DNA of 64,000 nt from a virus: positions 1-64,000 of the IMG/VR virus record IMGVR_UViG_3300017780_003691; one strand, 5' to 3'. Below the pieces are notes generated by a model. It did not search any database and was not told the DNA's origin. It saw only the letters and a list, made by a program, of their open reading frames with translations. Shown here piece after piece: positions 19,184-27,874 of the stretch. The first letter of the stretch is position 1; every line of letters starts with the position of its first letter. The position numbers and the translations under genes are program-made.

Positions 19184-19290
19184 TTGACACAGGATTCTTC
19201 TGGGTTCATGTTCGCGCCGTGGCCCCGAGGTGTAAGTCCTTCGACCTGCGCGGATCACGCCCTTTCCAGGGGTTGACCTCCCTAAACTCT

Positions 19291-19326
19291 GGCCCGGCGG
19301 CACCCCCGTCGGGCCCTTCCTTTTTA
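19291..19326 (+). terminator. rho-independent terminator after the tail-fibre operon
   Basis: GCCCGGCGG cacccc CGTCGGGC hairpin followed by CCTTCCTTTTTAT. Confidence 0.6.
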
Positions 19327-19347
19327 TGAGAGCACCAGGGGAAGCCT

Positions 19348-19590
19348 TTGCCAGACAAGCCACGCGATCCGCTGATGCGCCTGACCGATAACAAGGCGCG
19401 TCTTTCGCAGTTCAAGGTTGTTTCAGGTGGCGTCATCAAGCCTGCACCCAAACCCACCCGGCCGCCGAGCAAGCTCCGCCGCCTGTTGTGGTGGGTGGCA
19501 TTCTTCGTGCTTACACTTTCGATCCCGTGGTTCACGGGGCTCACGCTGATCTTCAGCGGGGCGTGGGATTTTCTAACCAGAGGGCACTAA
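19348..19590 (+). CDS. hypothetical membrane protein
   Basis: ORF with a hydrophobic helix (LLWWVAFFVLTLSIPWFTGLTLIF). Confidence 0.4.
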   Translation: MPDKPRDPLMRLTDNKARLSQFKVVSGGVIKPAPKPTRPPSKLRRLLWWVAFFVLTLSIPWFTGLTLIFSGAWDFLTRGH

Positions 19591-19593
19591 CCT

Positions 19594-19974
19594 ATGCACA
19601 GACCATCCACTGCACGACTCGCCATGCTCGGGGCGGCCTTCGGGTCTCTCATGGCAGCGGCGAAGAACGCCTCCGCTGAGATCAATCAGGCGGCAGAGGA
19701 GTTCAACCTCGAAGACTTCCAGAGCGCGCTCCACGCCAAGGGCTATCCGGTCCACGCGCACCAGAAGTCGCACACCGCCTTCCTCAATCAGGAGAGCCGT
19801 CGTCCCTCCGAGTCCTACAAGGCGCGTCAGAAGATGCGGCGCCGGTATGACAACGGCCTCACTGTTCCGCCGGAAGTCGAGGCGGCCTACAAGCGCCACG
19901 ACGCGGAGCGCGCGGACATCGGCCGCCGTCGCGCCAAGTACCACCAACACCCGTCTGTTCTGGTGCGCGCTTGA
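19594..19974 (+). CDS. hypothetical protein
   Basis: ORF. Confidence 0.4.
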   Translation: MHRPSTARLAMLGAAFGSLMAAAKNASAEINQAAEEFNLEDFQSALHAKGYPVHAHQKSHTAFLNQESRRPSESYKARQKMRRRYDNGLTVPPEVEAAYKRHDAERADIGRRRAKYHQHPSVLVRA

Positions 19975-20504
19975 ACGAGTTCGCCATCATCGGGGGCATC
20001 GCCCTCGGCACCGCACTCCTGACAGCCATCGCTGCATCACGAGTCGGCTTCCTCATCGGCAAGACGCACGGCTTCCTCGAAGGCCAGGACGCCATCATCA
20101 AGCCGATCATCGACCGCGTCGCCAAGGGCGAGGAAGAGATCACCGCCGGCATCTATCAGGCGACATCGCTGCGGACCTGGTACGGCCCGATGCCGGGCAC
20201 CGTGCTCGGCTTCGTCCATCTCCAGGCGAAACTCAACGGCGAGGTCGGCGAGTTCGCCGAGCACTTCGGTAAGGCGCTGCGCGACGATCCGGGCACACTC
20301 GAAGACTGGCACAACGGGTTCATCAAGTTCGCACCCGACCGGCGCAAGGCGCTGCTCAAGGAACTCGGCGACATCCTCTGGTATGTCACGGTCCTCGCGA
20401 AGGAACTCAACTCCAGCCTGATCGAGGTGATGGCGATGAACGTCGTCAAGCTCCGCGACCGGCACGCACGCGGCAAGATGAAGGGTGCAGGCGATGACCG
20501 TTAA
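19971..20504 (+). CDS. MazG-like nucleoside triphosphate pyrophosphohydrolase (with N-terminal hydrophobic segment)
   Basis: LQAKLNGEVGEFAEHF ... ELGDILWYVTVLAKELN ... NVVKLRDR matches the MazG/NTP-PPase EExxE and divalent-cation motifs; the listed ORF begins with TTG. Confidence 0.6.
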   Translation: MNEFAIIGGIALGTALLTAIAASRVGFLIGKTHGFLEGQDAIIKPIIDRVAKGEEEITAGIYQATSLRTWYGPMPGTVLGFVHLQAKLNGEVGEFAEHFGKALRDDPGTLEDWHNGFIKFAPDRRKALLKELGDILWYVTVLAKELNSSLIEVMAMNVVKLRDRHARGKMKGAGDDR

Positions 20505-21270
20505 GACAGAAATCTATCCCATGACCGAGTACGATTCCGTCCTCGTTCACGGGCCGCAAGGCTGCGGCAAGAGCGCCAATGTTGACCGCATCGCCAGCTT
20601 CTTCAAACTCTCGAAGGTTGTGGACCCTGCGGAGGACTCTGACTCTCCCTCGCTCGAACCCGGCGTGCTCTATCTCACGAACGCACCGCCTGCCGCCTTC
20701 GTTGTGCCACGCAAGGTGAACGTCCTAGTCATCGAGTTCGCCCGTCTCATGCGCGCGATCAACGCGACCCAAGGGCCGACCGGGGCCACCGGCTCCGTCA
20801 AACCCCTCGACGGCCCGCCCGTGATGGGCACCGTCGGCCTCGCCGCCCTCGGCGCCAATCCGAAAGATGCCGTCGGCTCTGCGAAGGCCGGAACGTCCTA
20901 CATCCCCATGCCGCCTCTCTACGAGGTGGGCCTCGCCATGCTGGAGGGGGCCATCAAGTACGGCCCGTTCAACTGGCGCGACTCAGCCGTTGACAACCGC
21001 ATCTACGTGGACGCGGCGAAGCGGCACATCGACCGCTACTGGAACGGCCAGAACCGCGACCCGGTCACGAAAACCCATGAACTCGGGCTCGCTATCGCCG
21101 GCCTCCTGGTCCTGCTCGACGCCGAGATGTGCGGGAAGTTGATTGATTCCCGCCCAACGGCTATCCCTGACGGCTGGATCGAGGCGATGGAGGGACGAGT
21201 CAAACTCGTGAAAGCCTTCGCCGAGGGTGAGCGCGACAAGCGCCTCGCCAAGCAGAAACCCCAGGAGTAG
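20485..21270 (+). CDS. P-loop NTPase domain fused to dATP/dGTP pyrophosphohydrolase-like (MazG-related) domain
   Basis: Walker A VLVHGPQGCGKS; C-terminal YEVGLAMLEGAIKYGPFNWRD...RHIDRYWNG...HELGLAIAGLL resembles the phage dNTP diphosphohydrolase domain. Confidence 0.5.
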   Translation: MQAMTVKTEIYPMTEYDSVLVHGPQGCGKSANVDRIASFFKLSKVVDPAEDSDSPSLEPGVLYLTNAPPAAFVVPRKVNVLVIEFARLMRAINATQGPTGATGSVKPLDGPPVMGTVGLAALGANPKDAVGSAKAGTSYIPMPPLYEVGLAMLEGAIKYGPFNWRDSAVDNRIYVDAAKRHIDRYWNGQNRDPVTKTHELGLAIAGLLVLLDAEMCGKLIDSRPTAIPDGWIEAMEGRVKLVKAFAEGERDKRLAKQKPQE

Positions 21271-21275
21271 CCACC

Positions 21276-23150
21276 ATGGCCGCCAAACCCAAGTCAGCGC
21301 AGATCACCAAAGCCCAACTCCAGAAGTGGGTGAACCTCGTCAACCGGCTTGGCGGCAACGTCTCCAAGGCGGCGGCGGAGGCCGGTATCCCCGAACGGAC
21401 CTTCCGTCGCCACCTCGACACCTGCAAGAAGCGCGGTGTCGTCCCTCCCAAACCCTTCGACCCGAAGTCCGTCGTCAAGGTGACTGATGTCACCGACGAG
21501 GAACTGCACGAGGTCTGGAGCATCTTCGAGCGTTACGGCTACGACTACAACGCGACGGCCGAAGCTCTCGGCACGAACGAGACTTGGATCAGGAACCGCA
21601 TCAAGAAGGCCCAGCACAAGTTCGGCTACGAGAAGCGGTCTCTCGGTGCGACGCACGCACAGGCCGCCGCGCCTCTGCCGCTGCCGAGCAAGGGCAAGGT
21701 CACGCGCTACATGCTGACCTGCGCACAGAACAACACCATGCTCCACGAGAAGACGTGGGCCGCCGGCATCAACCTCGCGAAGCACTACGACGCCGAGATC
21801 AAGGTCTCGACCTTCACCTACATCGGCAACGAGGAAGGATCGCAGAAGCGGGCGAAGGAAAAGTCGAACGAGGCGTGGGGCCGCAAGGTCGAGGACCGCT
21901 GGTACGACCCTCGCATCATCCCCTACATCTCCGACGAGTTCCAACAGCTTGCGCCAGGTCTCGTGTGGTGCGGACACTCCAACACGCTGCCGACCGCCGC
22001 CGATCCGCTGCGCGGCACGCAGTCTCTCAACGGCCGCGCCTCTGGTGTCTGGCCTCACACCAGGATCGAGATGCGCCCCGTCGCCACGGCCTCGGGTGAA
22101 GCCACGAAGTTCAACTTCACGACCGGCGCCATCACCCTGCGCAACTACATCCAGAAGCGCGCCGGCATCGCGGCCGAGTTCTATCACTGCTTCGGGTTCA
22201 TGCTGGTCGAGGTCGACTCGGACGGCAACTGGTGGTGCCGCCAACTCAACGCCGACTCCGAAGGCAACATCTACGATCTCGACCTGCTCGCGACTCCCGA
22301 GGGTGTGTTCGAGTGGATCGACGACAAGATCGGTGGCGTTGAAGCCCTGGCCTACGGCGACATCCACCGCTCGAAGATCGACAAGGACGTTGAGGCCGGT
22401 ACGTGGGGCCCTGGTGGTCTCGTCGAACTGCTCAAGCCGAAGCGCCAAATCCTGCACGACCTGCTCAACTTCAACCCGTCGCACCACTCGCGTCGCGATC
22501 CGCACGAGATGTATAAGCAGCGGAAGCGCGCCGAGGATGTGGTCTACGACGAGATCAAGGGCGACGGCGAGTTCCTTGACGCGATCCACCGTCCCTACTC
22601 GCACGAGATCGTCGTCGACTCGAACCACCACCGTCACCTCGACCGCTTCCTGAAGGAAGTCGATTGGCGTGATGACCTGACGAACGCACGCACGATCCTG
22701 GAGATGAACCTCGCCTGGCTCTCTGCGATCGACAAGGGCGAAGAGGACGAGTTCCTTGCCTACGAGTGGGCTCTCCGCGAGATGGGCCACGGCAAGCACG
22801 CGCACTTCATGAACTGCACCAGCGAGCGGCCCGAGCGCCTGTCTCTCGTGGTCTGCAAGGGCAACGGTGGCGGTGTCGAAGTCGGCGCGCACCACGGCGA
22901 CAAGGGCCCGAACGGCGCACGCGGCACGCCGCAGAACCTCTCCAAGATGGGCCGCAAGGTCGTCATCGGCGACAAGCACTCGCCGGGCATCTGGGGTGGC
23001 TGCTACGTCACCGGCCTCACGGGCAAGATGCGCCAGGGCTACAACACCGGGCCGGGATCGTGGGCCGCTGCGCACGTCCCTGTCTACCCCAATGGCAAGC
23101 GCCAAGTTCTGATCGGCTGGATGGGCCGCTTCTTCGCGGCTCGCGACTAG
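21276..23150 (+). CDS. large HTH-containing protein of unknown function
   Basis: Two N-terminal HTH-like segments (SKAAAEAGIPERTFRRHL; ETWIRNRIKKAQ); remainder K/E/D/H-rich with GDIH and HH clusters; no confident family assignment. Confidence 0.5.
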   Translation: MAAKPKSAQITKAQLQKWVNLVNRLGGNVSKAAAEAGIPERTFRRHLDTCKKRGVVPPKPFDPKSVVKVTDVTDEELHEVWSIFERYGYDYNATAEALGTNETWIRNRIKKAQHKFGYEKRSLGATHAQAAAPLPLPSKGKVTRYMLTCAQNNTMLHEKTWAAGINLAKHYDAEIKVSTFTYIGNEEGSQKRAKEKSNEAWGRKVEDRWYDPRIIPYISDEFQQLAPGLVWCGHSNTLPTAADPLRGTQSLNGRASGVWPHTRIEMRPVATASGEATKFNFTTGAITLRNYIQKRAGIAAEFYHCFGFMLVEVDSDGNWWCRQLNADSEGNIYDLDLLATPEGVFEWIDDKIGGVEALAYGDIHRSKIDKDVEAGTWGPGGLVELLKPKRQILHDLLNFNPSHHSRRDPHEMYKQRKRAEDVVYDEIKGDGEFLDAIHRPYSHEIVVDSNHHRHLDRFLKEVDWRDDLTNARTILEMNLAWLSAIDKGEEDEFLAYEWALREMGHGKHAHFMNCTSERPERLSLVVCKGNGGGVEVGAHHGDKGPNGARGTPQNLSKMGRKVVIGDKHSPGIWGGCYVTGLTGKMRQGYNTGPGSWAAAHVPVYPNGKRQVLIGWMGRFFAARD

Positions 23151-23153
23151 GAG

Positions 23154-23645
23154 ATGCACGTGCTCAAGACCACGCAATTCATCGGCCAAGTTTTCGTCAC
23201 CAACAAGGAACGGGTGAACTACGTTCGCGGGATCACCGCTGAGTTCGAGGAGCGCCAGCCGCGCGGCTATGCCGCCACCGGGTGCCTCATCGAACCGCGC
23301 GGCGACCAGAACGTGATCGCCTTCAACGACATCCCGACTGCAGTCGTCACCGACTACTCGTCGACTCCGCGAGGCGTCGAGCGGGCAGCGAAGTTCGCGG
23401 CTCTCGGGCACGCCGAGGTCAACGCCATCTCGTTCTGTGCGCAGAACGGGATCGTCACCAAGGGCGCCATCATGACCCTCGCCTGGTTCCCGTGCATCAA
23501 CTGTGCGGCGGCCATCGTGCAGGCCGGCATCGGACGCCTCGTCGCGACCGAGCCGAACTATGACTACAAGCCAGAGCAATACGACTTCCGTGGCGCTCTC
23601 CGTGTTTTGGAAGATGCAGGCGTGGTCGTCTGCTTCGAGAAGTAG
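23154..23645 (+). CDS. dCMP deaminase (cytidine/deoxycytidylate deaminase fold)
   Basis: HAEVNAI zinc-binding motif and PCINCAAAI (PCxxC) motif. Confidence 0.85.
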   Translation: MHVLKTTQFIGQVFVTNKERVNYVRGITAEFEERQPRGYAATGCLIEPRGDQNVIAFNDIPTAVVTDYSSTPRGVERAAKFAALGHAEVNAISFCAQNGIVTKGAIMTLAWFPCINCAAAIVQAGIGRLVATEPNYDYKPEQYDFRGALRVLEDAGVVVCFEK

Positions 23646-23654
23646 GAGCTATCA

Positions 23655-23963
23655 ATGGGCTACAGCCCGAAGAACCAATACGAACTGACATGCACGCAGG
23701 AGCAGGCCGCCGCGTTCGAGGCGATCCTGTCCGAGCGTGAATATCAGGACATGCGCCAGGAGCGCGACGCAGGCCAGACCTTCCACAGCGTCGAAGACTT
23801 CCTGCTGTTCATGCAGCACTACATGACCAAGACCATCGCGGTCGCGTCCGAAACTTGGGGGCCTGATGCCAAGCCCAAGACCCTCGACATGATGCGCAAA
23901 GTCGTGGCTCTCGGTGTGGCGTGCATGGAACAGCACGGCGCACCCCGTCGGGAGGGCTTCTAA
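23655..23963 (+). CDS. hypothetical protein
   Basis: ORF. Confidence 0.4.
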   Translation: MGYSPKNQYELTCTQEQAAAFEAILSEREYQDMRQERDAGQTFHSVEDFLLFMQHYMTKTIAVASETWGPDAKPKTLDMMRKVVALGVACMEQHGAPRREGF

Positions 23964-23964
23964 C

Positions 23965-24234
23965 ATGACAACGGGCCACAACCGCCAGATCAGCGCCGAC
24001 GTGAAGGCGAAGGTGAAGAAGATCGTCAGCAGCGTTCGCAAGCTGAAGGCCGAGCAGAAAGAGATCGGCGAGGAGATCAAGAACATCCTCGCTGAAGCCA
24101 AGGCCACCGGCCTCGACTCGACAGCCATCCGTGAACTCATCACTGAGATGGACAAGAAAGAGAAGAACCCTGAGAAGTGGCAGGACAAGGAAGACATGAA
24201 AGATGTCCTCCGCATTGCCCTTGGTATGGTGTGA
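23965..24234 (+). CDS. GapR-like DUF2312 family DNA-binding protein
   Basis: VKKIVSSVRKLKAEQKEIGEEIKNILAEAKATGLDSTAIRELI...DVLRIALGM aligns with the alphaproteobacterial GapR/DUF2312 consensus (AEAKGNGFD...LDLYL.ALGM). Confidence 0.7.
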   Translation: MTTGHNRQISADVKAKVKKIVSSVRKLKAEQKEIGEEIKNILAEAKATGLDSTAIRELITEMDKKEKNPEKWQDKEDMKDVLRIALGMV

Positions 24235-24782
24235 TGATGGACTTCAACGTCGTCCAATGGATCGGGGAGAACGTCGCGAAGGTGCTTCCCTTCCGCACGA
24301 TCTACTCCTACGAGCGGGGCGTGCGTTGGGTCTTCGGCAAGAACCCGAAGGAACTGAAGCCCGGCCTCCGCTGGTGCCTCTACTTCATCCACCGCGTCGA
24401 GCAGTTCGCCGTCGTGGAGCAGATCATCAACCTGCCCACGCAGTCGGTCGTCACCAGTGACGGCCGCGCGGTCTGCTTCTCGGCCAACATCTCTATCGTG
24501 ATCGACGACGCGGTGAAGCACTACTGCGACGTGCAGAACTTCGAGCAGTCGGTTCGCGACCTCGCCATGGGCCACCTGTTCGAGCGCGTCTCGTTGCAGA
24601 AGATGGAAGACCTGGTGAAGCGCGAGACGACGAAGAAGCTGGAGACCTCGCTCGAAGGTACGCTGACGACCCGCCTCCGCGACTGGGGGACTCGAGTCGT
24701 TGGCGTCAGCTTCACCGACTTCGTGCCTGTTCGGAATCAATTCCGGCTGTTCCAAGATCAGCCGACAGCCAAGGTGGTCTGA
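24234..24782 (+). CDS. SPFH/Band-7 (prohibitin-like) domain protein
   Basis: Pattern YERGVRWVFGK..ELKPGLRW..P...V......T.DGR.V.....I.VIDDA resembles the SPFH domain. Confidence 0.45.
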   Translation: MMDFNVVQWIGENVAKVLPFRTIYSYERGVRWVFGKNPKELKPGLRWCLYFIHRVEQFAVVEQIINLPTQSVVTSDGRAVCFSANISIVIDDAVKHYCDVQNFEQSVRDLAMGHLFERVSLQKMEDLVKRETTKKLETSLEGTLTTRLRDWGTRVVGVSFTDFVPVRNQFRLFQDQPTAKVV

Positions 24783-25039
24783 TGTCACTCGCCGAACTGC
24801 TGGTGCTTATGGACTCACGCGACGTGAGCCTCGCCCAGCTTCAGAGCTACCGGCCGACCACGGGCAAGGTCTACGCCGCGACCGTCGGCTGGTTCCGCCA
24901 AGGCATCGCGGGCCCCTGGTCCTCGTCCTGCGCCAACGGAGCCACGCAGGAAGAAGCTCTCGCCACCGCCATGAAGTCCACCGGCCTGTTCCCGGAACTC
25001 GGCAAGGCCCGCCGCCGTCGCGAGGACTTGCTGGCATGA
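24782..25039 (+). CDS. hypothetical small protein, paralogue of the next gene
   Basis: Ends ...RRREDLLA; stop overlaps next start (GCATGA). Confidence 0.35.
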   Translation: MSLAELLVLMDSRDVSLAQLQSYRPTTGKVYAATVGWFRQGIAGPWSSSCANGATQEEALATAMKSTGLFPELGKARRRREDLLA

Positions 25040-25311
25040 AGGACTTCCTGACCATCGAAGAACTGCTCGACAAGCTCGAAGAGGAAGGCTTCCGAGTCGA
25101 CACGGCGCACTGCCGCAAGACCGTCGGCCCCTCGCGCTGGGATGTGCAGGTTCGCAACGCACTCGACATCGCGTTCGCCGGGTGTGGCGGCAGCTTCCGC
25201 GAGGCCCTACTCCAAGCGACCGGCAATGGCGGCGCCATCATCGGCCGGCGCTCGTCGCTCGAAGAGGATCGCCCGAAGAAACGCAAACGCCGTGAGGACT
25301 TGCTCGCATGA
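25036..25311 (+). CDS. hypothetical small protein, paralogue of the previous gene
   Basis: Ends ...KRKRREDLLA with the same GAGGACTTGCTSGCATGA stop/start context. Confidence 0.35.
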   Translation: MKDFLTIEELLDKLEEEGFRVDTAHCRKTVGPSRWDVQVRNALDIAFAGCGGSFREALLQATGNGGAIIGRRSSLEEDRPKKRKRREDLLA

Positions 25312-25500
25312 TGATCTGCTTGAGACGAGAGGTCGCGTGGCTACAGGTGCGCGGCAACCGCCGCCGTCAGGTGAAGGGGCAGACCTTCTTCGGGAAGATG
25401 TTTGCCACGTTGAACCCGAGGAGCGCCGGGCGGCAGTTGCTCATCAAGGATATTTGGGCGGGCCCCCTGGTCATCCGCCTCGAACACTGGAGAGAAGTCG

Positions 25501-25785
25501 ATGCGTAGGAAGTCGAAGAACCAGCTTCGTGAAGAGGAGCTTCGCGCACGCGAGGCCGCCGCGCTGGTCGTCATCAAGGCTGCGCGCAAGAAGCCCGACC
25601 TGAAACCCGTCGAGGGTTTCGAGGGCATGACGCGGCATCAGGTCTCGTCCTACATGGCGCGTGAACGGATGCGCGCCGAGGCCGAGGAAATCCGGGGCAA
25701 CAAGATCAGGGCGAACCAAGCCCGAGGCAACCAGATGCGCGCGAAGCAGATGCTCGCCTATATCGACCAGCAGGCGCAGGCATGA
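25501..25785 (+). CDS. hypothetical basic helical protein
   Basis: ORF. Confidence 0.35.
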   Translation: MRRKSKNQLREEELRAREAAALVVIKAARKKPDLKPVEGFEGMTRHQVSSYMARERMRAEAEEIRGNKIRANQARGNQMRAKQMLAYIDQQAQA

Positions 25786-26450
25786 AGATCGCGGCTCTCC
25801 CCAAAGGCCCCTTCGGTCTGGTCTACGCGGACCCGCCGTGGCGCGTGGCGACCTACTCCGACAAGGGCCGCAACCGGCTGCCCGACGGAGACGTGGGCCA
25901 CTACCAGACGATGTCGCTCGACGATCTGAAGTCGATCCCCGTGGCCGATGTCGCCGCGAAGGACTCCATGCTCATCATGTGGATCATCGACACCCACCTG
26001 CCGCAGGCGCTCGAACTCGGCGCGGCGTGGGGGTTCACCTACAAGACGGTCGGTCTCTACTGGCCGAAGCTGCGGAAGCTCGGCGCCGACGGCAAGCCAG
26101 GTCGCGAGGCGAAGACTCCCGAGAAGGAGTTCCCGGCCGGCATGGGCTATTGGACCCGTGCGAACCCGGAGCAGGCCCTCCTGTTCACCAGGGGCAAGCC
26201 GACGCGGATCGACAAGGGCGTGCCGAAGCTGATCCCGTTCGCCGACTACCCCATGACCATCTGCGCGAACCGGCGCGAGCACAGCCGGAAGCCCGACGAG
26301 GTCTACAGCCGGCTCGACCGCCTGCTCGGCGACGTGCCCAAGCTCGAACTGTTCGCCCGCACCTCCGCCCCCGGCTGGACCGCCTGGGGGAACGAGGTCG
26401 GGAAGTTCGATACGAAACCTCGGAGATCGAGTGCCGATCTACTAGGATAA
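25782..26450 (+). CDS. MT-A70 family N6-adenine DNA methyltransferase
   Basis: VYADPPW catalytic motif; C-terminal EHSRKPDEVYSRLDRLLGD...LELFAR...GWTAWGNE typical of MT-A70/Dam-like phage methyltransferases. Confidence 0.85.
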   Translation: MKIAALPKGPFGLVYADPPWRVATYSDKGRNRLPDGDVGHYQTMSLDDLKSIPVADVAAKDSMLIMWIIDTHLPQALELGAAWGFTYKTVGLYWPKLRKLGADGKPGREAKTPEKEFPAGMGYWTRANPEQALLFTRGKPTRIDKGVPKLIPFADYPMTICANRREHSRKPDEVYSRLDRLLGDVPKLELFARTSAPGWTAWGNEVGKFDTKPRRSSADLLG

Positions 26451-26568
26451 GTATCGCAGGGGCGAGGCTGGACCCGCCTTGGACGACATGGCCGGTACGT
26501 CGGAGCCTCCAGACTCCGACCCTCACCCACGGGCTTCTAATCGAGCCTGCACGTAACAGGAGAGTAGC

Positions 26569-27159
26569 ATGACCCAGATTGGCGAAAGAGCCCCCGTCAC
26601 CTTCGGATACGTCGGGACGTGGTCGGGCAAGAAGGTCTGGCTCGATGCCGACAAATACGACGACGAGTCGATCTGCCTCCGGGACATCCTCCACAGCCTG
26701 CCCCATGTGAACCGCTACATGGGTGGGACGCGGCACCCGATCTCCACGGGCCAGCACACCCTCGCCTTCGCCAGGGCCGTCGAGCGGGCAGGCTACGACG
26801 ACATGCACGTCCGGTGGGCCCTGATCCACGACATGCCCGAGTACGTGATCGGCGACATCCCCCGGCCGTTCAAGAAGCAGATGCCGATGATCCAGGCGCT
26901 CGACGACCGCATCCTGCTCACGCTCTCCCGCCGCTACGGCCTGCCCGAGCAGATGCCCGACATCCTCCATGCATGGGACCAGATGATGTGCAGGAACGAG
27001 ATGGACCTGGCGGGCAATCAGGAGATCGACATCAGCCTCCAATGGTGGAAGCTGCTCGAACCCGTGCCGAACGTGGACCCGGCCGACCTGCGTCAGCGGG
27101 CGCCGGTGTCGGTGCGGATCGAGCTTCGCGCCATGTGCAAGAAGTACGGGATCGTGTGA
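26569..27159 (+). CDS. HD-domain phosphohydrolase (YfbR-like 5'-deoxynucleotidase)
   Basis: H..H...HD...D metal ligands (HSLPHVNRY ... WALIHDMPEYVIGDIP). Confidence 0.7.
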   Translation: MTQIGERAPVTFGYVGTWSGKKVWLDADKYDDESICLRDILHSLPHVNRYMGGTRHPISTGQHTLAFARAVERAGYDDMHVRWALIHDMPEYVIGDIPRPFKKQMPMIQALDDRILLTLSRRYGLPEQMPDILHAWDQMMCRNEMDLAGNQEIDISLQWWKLLEPVPNVDPADLRQRAPVSVRIELRAMCKKYGIV

Positions 27160-27166
27160 CAAGATG

Positions 27167-27195
27167 TCGGCACTTACTAACAACTGCCGACGAAT
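27167..27195. terminator. hairpin at convergent transcription junction (candidate bidirectional terminator)
   Basis: GTCGGCA (12-nt loop) TGCCGAC inverted repeat between the last plus-strand gene (ends 27159) and the last minus-strand gene (ends 27370); no clear T-tract. Confidence 0.3.
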
Positions 27196-27369
27196 TGTAA
27201 CACTGGCGCTGTTAGTGTCCGGTCTGATGTTAGGATCGTGCGCTTCGACTCCGGTCGATGACCGGCCAGTCGTCCACATCTTCAGGCAGATGATCCTGGT
27301 GCCATACGTGGCGCCGGTCGAGGAATGCTGCTGGTATGAGCCGCCGGCCGACGAGGACTACGGCCCGAT

Positions 27370-27705
27370 CTAGGAGCCTGCGAAGGCGTCCTTGATGAAG
27401 GCGACGGTCAGGCCGACGGCGACCGAGACGAAGACCGCCACAGCGGCAGCCATCGTCCCGACCTTCGCGACCCAAGAAGTCTTCCAATGTTCGAGCGTGT
27501 TGATCCGCCCGTCTAGTTCCTTGTGCGTCATGGCGTCGGCGAGGTTCTTGGCCTGCGCCGCGTCACGGACGTTCCCCACCCGTTCAACGATAGTGGCATT
27601 CGACTGCGCGAGCAGGTCGAGCTTTTCTTCAATGCGTTGGAGTTGGGCGGGGTCGAGCATCTTACGCTCCTGCCAGGTCGAGCAGCATGTCGCGGGCTTC
27701 CGCAT
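27370..27705 (-). CDS. small coiled-coil protein with C-terminal transmembrane helix (lysis-associated?)
   Basis: ORF at distal end of late operon; C-terminal hydrophobic stretch MAAAVAVFVSVAVGLTVAFI. Confidence 0.4.
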   Translation of the reverse strand: MRKPATCCSTWQERKMLDPAQLQRIEEKLDLLAQSNATIVERVGNVRDAAQAKNLADAMTHKELDGRINTLEHWKTSWVAKVGTMAAAVAVFVSVAVGLTVAFIKDAFAGS

Positions 27706-27865
27706 ACTTCGCGGAGTTCGAGGCGATCTGCTTGGCGAGCGCGTCCTTCAGTGCAGCTTCGTCGTCAGACGAGAGCGTGCCCTTCAGTGACGCAATGAGG
27801 CCCGGCAGAGACGCAGCGATCTCCTGCCCGGCCGCGATCAATGCAAGAACGGTCTTGAGGTCCAT
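27662..27865 (-). CDS. hypothetical small Ala-rich protein
   Basis: ORF. Confidence 0.35.
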   Translation of the reverse strand: MDLKTVLALIAAGQEIAASLPGLIASLKGTLSSDDEAALKDALAKQIASNSAKYAEARDMLLDLAGA

Positions 27866-27874
27866 GTGTTCCTC

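Noticed and set aside
21294-23579. 761-aa minus-strand ORF antisense to the HTH protein and dCMP deaminase; similar long antisense ORFs at 9033..9872, 10536..11594, 11519..12688, 29512..30585, 32952..34190, 35567..37360, 39623..41110, 42200..44284, 54029..55702, 61276..63075
   Set aside because: Arg/Asp/Gly/Val-rich compositions typical of stop-poor antisense frames in 65% GC DNA. The opposite-strand genes carry recognisable motifs.
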